Below, one piece after another: positions 20,003 to 26,992 of a stretch of 64,000 bases of DNA. Made by a program: the position numbers and the translations under genes. Below the pieces are notes generated by a model that was not told where the DNA came from, made no database searches, and worked only from the letters and a program-made list of their open reading frames with translations. Source of the stretch: Candidatus Magasanikiibacteriota bacterium (lineage in GTDB: Bacteria > Patescibacteriota > Patescibacteriia > Magasanikbacterales > GWA2-37-8); NCBI GenBank assembly GCA_016182085.1, contig JACOYB010000004.1, positions 147,923 to 211,922 of the forward strand, read 5' to 3'. Positions within the stretch are counted from its first letter, which is position 1, and each line of letters opens with the position of its first letter.

Positions 20003-20031
20003 TTGACAAAATGGGTGTTTTTTGGTATATT
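20003..20031 (+). promoter_or_regulatory. Host-type promoter embedded in the terminator hairpin, upstream of high-GC cassette 2
   Basis: AAAAAACACCCATTGACAAAATGGGTGTTTTTTGGTATATT: TTGACA -35 (20003-20008) inside a hairpin, 17-bp spacer, TATATT -10 (20026-20031). Followed by a GC-rich leader and an AAGGAGAAGG RBS. Confidence 0.45.
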
Positions 20032-20118
20032 ATTGCGTTATTCCCAGAGAGGGGAAGACCCTTGGTCCCGGGCAGGGACAAAATGCTTTTCGGGCTTTTA
20101 GTCCGAAGGAGAAGGCAA

Positions 20119-20598
20119 ATGGCCAAGTACAATGATTTGACGATGGGCCAGGTAGAGGCGCTCGTCAACAAGATCGGCGGTATGAGGAAGGTGCAGGCGA
20201 TCCTGCGCGGTGATCTTGAGCTGAACGTGGAAGTTGCTGCGCAAGAGCACCGGCAAGACCTCCCATCCGACTTTCTAGCGCACAAGCATGGCGCCTATAG
20301 GGTGTTGCGAGATGTAGAGCCGACCAAGTTCGAGCCGGGCAAGCCGCTTTACTACCACCCGGATATGGGTTTGGTGGATGCGGTTTTCTTGCTGGAAAAT
20401 CAGCACAGGATGGCAGCCCAGTATAGTGGGTTGTCAGAGCTAGAGTTCCACGGAACCCTTCTCCAGAGTGCCTGGGCATATTGGGAAATATCCCATGCAT
20501 ATCTGAGGCGTGTTACCATACCGGATGTGGCACAACGAGGTTTGACAGAATGGGGTTTGATATTCAAAGCCCTTCCTAACAAACACCTCGCCAAGTAG
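20119..20598 (+). CDS. Hypothetical protein on compositionally foreign high-GC cassette 2
   Basis: 159-aa ORF with strong RBS AAGGAGAAGG. About 60% GC with GC-rich third positions, in an AT-rich intergenic context. Followed by GCGCCTCG...CGAGGCG hairpin plus T-run (20606-20655). No recognisable domain. Confidence 0.55.
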   Translation: MAKYNDLTMGQVEALVNKIGGMRKVQAILRGDLELNVEVAAQEHRQDLPSDFLAHKHGAYRVLRDVEPTKFEPGKPLYYHPDMGLVDAVFLLENQHRMAAQYSGLSELEFHGTLLQSAWAYWEISHAYLRRVTIPDVAQRGLTEWGLIFKALPNKHLAK

Positions 20599-20724
20599 TT
20601 CTTTTGCGCCTCGTTCGGTATTGACCTAACAAGTTAATCTGGGCGAGGCGTTTTGTTTAAATTGACAGTTCGTATTTATGGTCGTATTATATACGATATT
20701 ATCTTTTATAATTTAAACATATAT

Positions 20725-23445
20725 ATGTCGCACAAAAATTTTAGTAGAAATTTCAAAATAAAAAAGATAGTTATTTTTGTAGTTATCGCAATGGTAGGAA
20801 TATTAGTATGTCAGAGTGCTAAAGCAGCGGATATTAAAGCTTCAGAAGTTTTGGGTCAGATTAACCCAGCCACTAATCAACCCGATTTTACTCAGCGTAA
20901 TATAAATAGTCACGTGGTAAATAATTATGGTTTTAACCACGAGGAAGTAGTGATGGTAGATACAGGGCTCCATCGTTTATTTGTAGCCGATGCTAATAAT
21001 AACCGAGTTTTGGTTTTTAATCTTAATAATAATGATGAGCTTGTTGATTATTATGCGGATAATGTTTTAGGGCAATCAAATTTTATAAATTTTCTTTCAA
21101 ATCAGGGTGGTGCGCCAGGAGCCGCAACCATGCGTTTTCCCTCAGGTCTTGCTTATAACAATCTCAACAATACTTTGTATGTGTCTGATACTTATAACAA
21201 TCGTGTTTTGGTTTTTGATGTCAGTACTATTACCAACGGCGAACCGGCCGTTGCAGTTTTGGGACAATCTACATTTGCAAATGTAAGTGCCAATCAGAGT
21301 GGCGCTGTTTCTGCCCAAACTCTTTTTAATCCTACAAGCCTTGTGCATAACAGCATAGATAATATTTTATATGTTTCTGATTTAGCTAATTCTCGTGTTC
21401 TAGCCTATGATGTAAATACTATCGTAAATGGCGAAGCGGCCGTTGCAGTCTTAGGCCAGCCTAATTTTATAAGTAATACGTTCACGGGAGTATCACCTAC
21501 GTCTGTATTTCAGCCTAGAGGCCTGGCCTTTAACAATACCAATAAATGGTTATATTTGGCTGACAGTTACAATAATCGCGTCCTAGCCTATGATGTAAAT
21601 ACTATCGTAAATGGCGAAGCGGCCGTTGCGGTCTTAGGCCAGCCTAACTTGATGAGTGCTGTTGCTAACTATCCCAATAATATTCCCGCTGCTAACAATC
21701 TTTCTTTGCCGAGGGGGGTCGCTTTTGATAAGGGGAGTATGAAATTATATGTTTCTGATTCAGCTAATTCTCGTGTTCTAGCCTATGATGTAAATACTAT
21801 CGTAAATGGCGAAGCGGCTGTGGCGGTCTTAGGCCAGCCTAATTTTATCAGTAATAGTGCCAATCAAGGTGGTATGTTAGCGGGAGCTACAACTGTTAAT
21901 TATCCAATGGGGCTTGCTCTTAACAGTTACAAAAAATTATTTGTAGCTGATACCAATAACAACAGGGTTTTGGTTTTTGATGTCAGTGTTATTGTTAATG
22001 GCGAAGCCGCGGCTTCAGTTTTAGGCCAGCTTGATAATAGCAGTCAGCCGAATTTCAACCAGAACAGAATTAATAGTCATTTAATCAACGATTATGGTTT
22101 TGACAAGCCAAAAGAAATGGCCATAGATATAAAATTACACCGTTTATTTGTAGCCGATACTAATAACAACCGTGTTTTGGTTTTTAACCTTAATAATAAT
22201 GATGAGCTTATTGATTATAATGCGGATAGTGTTTTAGGCCAGCCCGATTTTACAAGCAACTTACCAAATCAAGGAGGTAACACAGGGCCTGGAACTCTTA
22301 ATCATCCGTCCGGTCTTGCCTTTAACATAAGTAGAAATTTACTATATGTGGCAGACACGAATAATCATCGCGTTTTAGTTTACGATGTTACTACCATTGT
22401 TAATGGACAATCAGCGGTCAGTGTTTTGGGTCAACCTGATTTTATAAGCTCTCTTAAGAATAATTGTAACTGTACTATTCCGACTGCGAACTCTCTTAAT
22501 GCACCCGGCAACATTGTATACAGTAAAAATAATAACATTTTATATGTAGGAGACGGTGGTAATGCGCGCGTGCTTGCTTATAATGTTACGACTATCGTCA
22601 ATGGAGAATCAGCTCTTTCAGTGTTGGGTAAGCCGGATTTTGTTACTCCTTTCGTTAATAACCCCCCGACAGCAGAAAATCTTAATCAGTTTTTAGACAT
22701 GGGCGGTTTAGCCTATGACGATGATAACAAAATTCTATATGTTTCTGACTCGCGCAAGCATCGTGTCTTAGCTTACGATGTAAACACTATCGTAAATGGC
22801 GAAGCAGCCGTTGCGGTCTTAGGACAATTTAACTTTTTAAGCGGTAACTCAAACCAAGGAGGTTTTTGGCCAGGGCCAGGAACTCTTCATTCCCCCGTAG
22901 GTCTTGTATATGATAAGGATAATAAAAGTTTGTTCGTAACGGATCAAGGTAATAATCGCGTTCTGTTGTTCGACGTAGCTACCATTGTTAATGGCGAAGC
23001 GGCAGCTGCGGTTTTAGGTCAGCTTAATTTTGTCAGTAATTATCCAAATCAAGGCAGTTTTTTACCAGGACAAAAGACCCTTTGGGTCCCATCTGCTGTC
23101 ACGTACAACGGTGTCAATAACACTGTATATATATCAGATTTAGAAAATAATCGTGTTATGCTGTTTAAGCTTATTGATATTATTACCGTAGAGATGCCTA
23201 ATGGCACAGTGGGCAATTCATATAACCAGACGGTAGTGGCTCAAAATGGCCAAAGTAACAACGTAAGATATTCTGTTAGCGCCGGATCTTTGGCTAACGG
23301 CCTTACATTGAACAGTGTAACAGGGTTGATCTCTGGTACGCCCACTGTAGCCGGTACTTTCTTATTTACTATTAAAGCTTCGGATAATTTTGCGGATACC
23401 AGTGTGATCTCTGATCGCCGTCAGTTTAAGCATACGATTTTCTAG
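20725..23445 (+). CDS. Large secreted NHL-repeat (beta-propeller) protein with a C-terminal putative Ig-like domain
   Basis: Signal/TM at the N-terminus (ATG 20725; the track start 20653 is probably an upstream extension). At least 12 NHL-type repeats (LYVSD..NNRVLVFDV...NGEAAVAVLGQPNF). C-terminal LTLNSVTGLISGTPTVAGTFLFTIKASDN (dystroglycan/He_PIG-like Ig). TTGACA/TATTAT promoter at about 20664-20698. Confidence 0.75.
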   Translation: MSHKNFSRNFKIKKIVIFVVIAMVGILVCQSAKAADIKASEVLGQINPATNQPDFTQRNINSHVVNNYGFNHEEVVMVDTGLHRLFVADANNNRVLVFNLNNNDELVDYYADNVLGQSNFINFLSNQGGAPGAATMRFPSGLAYNNLNNTLYVSDTYNNRVLVFDVSTITNGEPAVAVLGQSTFANVSANQSGAVSAQTLFNPTSLVHNSIDNILYVSDLANSRVLAYDVNTIVNGEAAVAVLGQPNFISNTFTGVSPTSVFQPRGLAFNNTNKWLYLADSYNNRVLAYDVNTIVNGEAAVAVLGQPNLMSAVANYPNNIPAANNLSLPRGVAFDKGSMKLYVSDSANSRVLAYDVNTIVNGEAAVAVLGQPNFISNSANQGGMLAGATTVNYPMGLALNSYKKLFVADTNNNRVLVFDVSVIVNGEAAASVLGQLDNSSQPNFNQNRINSHLINDYGFDKPKEMAIDIKLHRLFVADTNNNRVLVFNLNNNDELIDYNADSVLGQPDFTSNLPNQGGNTGPGTLNHPSGLAFNISRNLLYVADTNNHRVLVYDVTTIVNGQSAVSVLGQPDFISSLKNNCNCTIPTANSLNAPGNIVYSKNNNILYVGDGGNARVLAYNVTTIVNGESALSVLGKPDFVTPFVNNPPTAENLNQFLDMGGLAYDDDNKILYVSDSRKHRVLAYDVNTIVNGEAAVAVLGQFNFLSGNSNQGGFWPGPGTLHSPVGLVYDKDNKSLFVTDQGNNRVLLFDVATIVNGEAAAAVLGQLNFVSNYPNQGSFLPGQKTLWVPSAVTYNGVNNTVYISDLENNRVMLFKLIDIITVEMPNGTVGNSYNQTVVAQNGQSNNVRYSVSAGSLANGLTLNSVTGLISGTPTVAGTFLFTIKASDNFADTSVISDRRQFKHTIF

Positions 23446-23494
23446 TTAATAATTCTTACTACATACTTTGCAGTTTGTTAAGAGCAAAATAATA

Positions 23495-23528
23495 AAAAGA
23501 CCATTAACTCAACAAGTATGGTCTTTTT
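23495..23528 (+). terminator. Terminator of the NHL-repeat gene
   Basis: AAAAAGACCATtaactcaacaagtATGGTCTTTTT, followed by a TTGACAAAA promoter-like box at 23532. Confidence 0.6.
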
Positions 23529-23608
23529 ATATTGACAAAATGTAATTAATCAGTCATTATACCCCTATATGAACCGAGAAATCGGCGATTTTGCGTATTT
23601 ACGTTAAT

Positions 23609-23783
23609 TGTCATTCTGAGTGGAACGAAGAATCCCTGTATATCATTCCCGCCAAAGCGGGAATCCAGACAATCGGATACTGGATTCCCAATTCGTTGGG
23701 AATGACAGGCGAAGATCCCTCCCGCCCGAACGTACACGTTCGGTACGGGCGGGCGTCGGCTAAAGCCTCGCTTGGGATGACAA
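23609..23783. repeat. Cluster of hairpin repeats of the GTCATTCCC...GGGAATCCAG family plus a GC-rich palindrome
   Basis: Copies at 23609-23636 (diverged), 23641-23668 and inverted 23681-23708 (spacer ACAATCGGATAC). Palindrome CCCGCCCGAACGTAC/ACGTTCGG..GGGCGGG at 23721-23753. Partial copy TTGGGATGACAA at 23772-23783. Confidence 0.8.
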
Positions 23784-23844
23784 TGTAAAAGCATATGCCA
23801 CTATTTCCCCTAAGAGGGGTCTGCCCTCGGGGCTGAAAATAAGT

Positions 23845-25872
23845 ATGCCACTATTCCAACTCCACTCAAAATTTAAACCAGCTGGAGATCAGCCCGAAGC
23901 TATTAAACAATTAATGGCTAGTTTGGATAAAGGAAATCGTTATCAAACTTTGCTCGGGGTAACCGGTTCGGGTAAGACTTTTACTGTCGCCAATCTTATT
24001 ACGCAATTTGATCAGCCGGTCTTGGTAATGGCGCCCAACAAAGCCTTGGCCGCGCAGCTGTACCGTGAATACAAAAATTTCTTTCCCGAAAATTCGGTGA
24101 ATTATTTTGTTTCTTATTACGATTATTATCAGCCAGAGGCATATATGCCAACCAGCGATACCTATATAGAAAAAGAATCAATGATAAATGAAGAGATAGA
24201 CAGGTTGCGCCACCAGGCCACCAGCGCGCTCGTGTCTCGCAAAGATGTAATTGTGGTTGCCTCTGTATCCTGTATATATAACTTGGGTGTGCCAAATAAT
24301 TATTTTGAATCAGCCGTGCATTTGGAAATAGGGCAGCCGATGGTGCGAGCCGATCTTATGCGACAGCTGATAAAAATTCAATTTGCGCGCACGCCCGGAG
24401 CTTTAGAGAGAGGTAAGTTTCGTGTGCGGGGTGATGTGTTTGAAATAGCGCCAGCGGCCGATAAATTTTTGTATAGAATAGAAATTAAAGACCAAAGAGT
24501 GGCCGAGATTTCTGTAATAGATGCTCTAACAAAAGTTGTAAAAGAAAATCTAAAAGAAGCGGTAATATTTCCGGTAAAACATTTTGTGTCTTCAGAGCCG
24601 CAAATGAAGGAAGCGCTCAAAGAAATAAAAGCCGAACTAAAAGACCGCTTGGCATATTTTAAGAAAAAAGAATTGTATTTGGAAGCAGAACGGCTAGAGC
24701 GTCGTACTCGATATGATTTGGAAATGTTAAAAACTTTGGGTTTTTGTCATGGAATAGAAAATTATTCTCGGCATTTGGCCGGCAAGCTGGCCGGAGAAGC
24801 GCCGGACACTCTATTGGCATATTTTCCGTGGAAAGACGGCAAACCGGATTTTTTAACCATTATGGACGAATCACATATTGGCTTGCCCCAAGTGCGAGGT
24901 ATGTATGCCGGAGACAGAAGCCGTAAAGAAGTGCTGGCTCAGTATGGCTGGAGATTGCCTTCGGCTTTGGATAACCGCCCGCTTAAATTTGATGAATTTG
25001 AAAAAAGAGTCGGGCAAGTGGTATTTACTTCGGCTACTCCGGGGGATTTTGAAATGACCAAATCCAGCACTATTGCCGAACAAGTTATTCGCCCAACAGG
25101 ACTAATTGATCCGCCAATAGAAGTCCGCCGCGCCTCGCCGACAATAAACCCCACCCCTTTCCCCTCCCCTTATAGGGGAGGGAACGACACCAATAGTGTT
25201 GTTTCCCCCGCTCCGGTTCTCTCCCCTACAAGGGGAGAGATAAAGAGAGGGGTTTACAATGGCCAAGTAAATGATGTAATGCAAGAAATTGAAGGAATAG
25301 TTAAAAGAGGCGAACGAGCGATTATAAACGTGCTCACCAAAAAAATGGCCGAGGAATTATCGGAGTTTTTGCTTCAAAGAAAATTCGCGGTAAATTACCT
25401 GCATTCTGATGTAAAAACTTTGCAGCGCACGGAAATTTTGAATGATTTTCGTCTCGGAAAGTTTAGTGTGCTAATTGGCGTAAACTTATTGCGTGAAGGT
25501 TTGGATTTACCGGAAGTAACTTTGGTAGCGATTATGGATGCGGACCGAGAAGGGTTTTTGCGCAGCGAAGAGTCGCTTATGCAGACTATGGGCCGCGCCG
25601 CTAGAAATGTGAGTGGTAAAGTTATTTTGTATGCGGATACGCTTACTAAATCAATAAAAAATGCGATGAAGGAAGTGGAAAGACGCCGTAAGTTGCAATT
25701 GGAATATAATGAGAAACACGGTATTACGCCACAAACAACTCATAAAGCGATAGAACAGTTTTTGGATATTCCGGATGCGCCTGATCCCGCTAATTCTAGA
25801 TCAGGTAAAATTAGTACGGAGCCAGATCGTAGAGGTAAAAGATCAATTAAAAAGCAAACGGAGAAAAAGTAG
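23845..25872 (+). CDS. uvrB: Excinuclease ABC subunit B (UvrB) carrying an in-frame insertion of about 40 aa derived from palindromic repeat DNA
   Basis: MPLFQLHSKFKPAGDQPEAI start. Helicase motifs GVTGSGKT and DESH. UvrB C-terminal region. The segment ...VRRASPTINPTPFPSPYRGGNDTNSVVSPAPVLSPTRGEIKRGVYNG-QVNDVMQEI has no counterpart in canonical UvrB and is encoded by two CCCCT/AGGGG hairpins at about 25135-25262. Confidence 0.9.
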   Translation: MPLFQLHSKFKPAGDQPEAIKQLMASLDKGNRYQTLLGVTGSGKTFTVANLITQFDQPVLVMAPNKALAAQLYREYKNFFPENSVNYFVSYYDYYQPEAYMPTSDTYIEKESMINEEIDRLRHQATSALVSRKDVIVVASVSCIYNLGVPNNYFESAVHLEIGQPMVRADLMRQLIKIQFARTPGALERGKFRVRGDVFEIAPAADKFLYRIEIKDQRVAEISVIDALTKVVKENLKEAVIFPVKHFVSSEPQMKEALKEIKAELKDRLAYFKKKELYLEAERLERRTRYDLEMLKTLGFCHGIENYSRHLAGKLAGEAPDTLLAYFPWKDGKPDFLTIMDESHIGLPQVRGMYAGDRSRKEVLAQYGWRLPSALDNRPLKFDEFEKRVGQVVFTSATPGDFEMTKSSTIAEQVIRPTGLIDPPIEVRRASPTINPTPFPSPYRGGNDTNSVVSPAPVLSPTRGEIKRGVYNGQVNDVMQEIEGIVKRGERAIINVLTKKMAEELSEFLLQRKFAVNYLHSDVKTLQRTEILNDFRLGKFSVLIGVNLLREGLDLPEVTLVAIMDADREGFLRSEESLMQTMGRAARNVSGKVILYADTLTKSIKNAMKEVERRRKLQLEYNEKHGITPQTTHKAIEQFLDIPDAPDPANSRSGKISTEPDRRGKRSIKKQTEKK

Positions 25873-25937
25873 TTGTGCCCTTTAAAAAACAGTACGCCGG
25901 TCTCTTGAGGAGGCCGGCTGACGAGAATGAGCGGGTT

Positions 25938-26321
25938 TCAGTTTTTACCGAAGGCTTTACGAATGTAGTCGGTGTAATCGAACTTGACTACAGCGGCATT
26001 GCATCCGGCTTTCATGAGTTCGCTATTGCTCTCATCACTGCTTGAAGCTGCAACGATCAGGCCGCGGAATCCCATGTCCCTGAAGTGATGTACAAGTGGC
26101 GTGGTGGTAAGCTCTCCATCCTTAATCACATCGTTATCGTTGCGAGGCACGCTGCCATCTACGGTGATGGCCACGATATCGGGATGCTGGGCGTAGAGAT
26201 TCTCAGCTTCGGCAATAGTACGCGCAAAGACCATTTCTATGTAATCTATCAGCATGTCTGGCCAGAGTTGCTGGCATGAAGGATTATCTTCCACGACCAG
26301 AATTTTCGGCAGATTGCCCAT
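25938..26321 (-). CDS. Stand-alone receiver (REC/CheY-like) domain protein, atypical
   Basis: 127 aa. KILVVEDN acidic pocket, putative phospho-acceptor in AITVDGSV, LIVAASS and a later Lys. No output domain. Locus GC about 50%, above the host background. Confidence 0.55.
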   Translation of the reverse strand: MGNLPKILVVEDNPSCQQLWPDMLIDYIEMVFARTIAEAENLYAQHPDIVAITVDGSVPRNDNDVIKDGELTTTPLVHHFRDMGFRGLIVAASSSDESNSELMKAGCNAAVVKFDYTDYIRKAFGKN

Positions 26322-26523
26322 AGGTCCCCCCTTTGAGACTTGGTTATATATAAGCTAACACCAGCAACTAAATAAATCAATAGATCTAATAATATGAAAA
26401 GAAATAACAAATATTCTTTAATATAAAAATAAGACGCTGTCTGGGTAGACAGCGAGGCCCGTGAGGTGGAGCCAATTACCTGTTGAAGGATCATTTTTCT
26501 TGATTTGTGAGGTTCGGACTCAA

Positions 26524-26886
26524 TCAGATACCGAGAATCTCTCGAATTTTATCGACCACTTGGTCCTTGCGAGCTTCGTGTTCGCATCCACTAATCACTC
26601 GCAGATCGAAGTTGGAATCAATACTGTTCGAACCAGCAATCATGCGAGCCCCATATCCGGCCTCTCCGAGCCGCTTGGCCAGCAAAACGGTATCTCCACT
26701 TTCGTGAAGAGATCCGTCCACGACGATCACATCGAAATCAGGGACAGTGTGGGCGAGAATCTGGTTGACGACCGTGGTCGCCCCAGCTAGCGTGGTAACT
26801 GGCACAATCTCGACCGTAGCGGGTAGATCCTGACGATACTTGGTTTGCCACTCAGTGAGATCCTCGATCACCAGTACTCTGGGCAT
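26524..26886 (-). CDS. Stand-alone receiver (REC-like) domain protein, paralog of 25938-26321
   Basis: 120 aa. RVLVIEDL, DVIVVDGSL, MIAGSNS. Aligns with the neighbouring REC ORF. Own terminator hairpin CGCTGTCTgggtAGACAGCG at 26437-26458. GC about 52%. Confidence 0.55.
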   Translation of the reverse strand: MPRVLVIEDLTEWQTKYRQDLPATVEIVPVTTLAGATTVVNQILAHTVPDFDVIVVDGSLHESGDTVLLAKRLGEAGYGARMIAGSNSIDSNFDLRVISGCEHEARKDQVVDKIREILGI

Positions 26887-26992
26887 GGATTTCCGCCTTA
26901 GGTTGAAGTTGAGTTGACACTACCATTTTTGACTAAAAAAGTCAATGCTCAACACAGGTTTATTAAAAAATTTAATAGGCATAATTTCAAAT

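Noticed and set aside
20599-20660. Integron gene cassettes with attC sites for the high-GC single-gene units (one 3' hairpin contains ACCTAAC...GTTAATC resembling R''/R' cores)
   Set aside because: - The units are scattered singly across 40 kb rather than arrayed next to an intI/attI.
- The 3' hairpins share no common attC-like architecture.
- The GTTAATC box does not fit GTTRRRY.
- Ordinary terminators explain them better.
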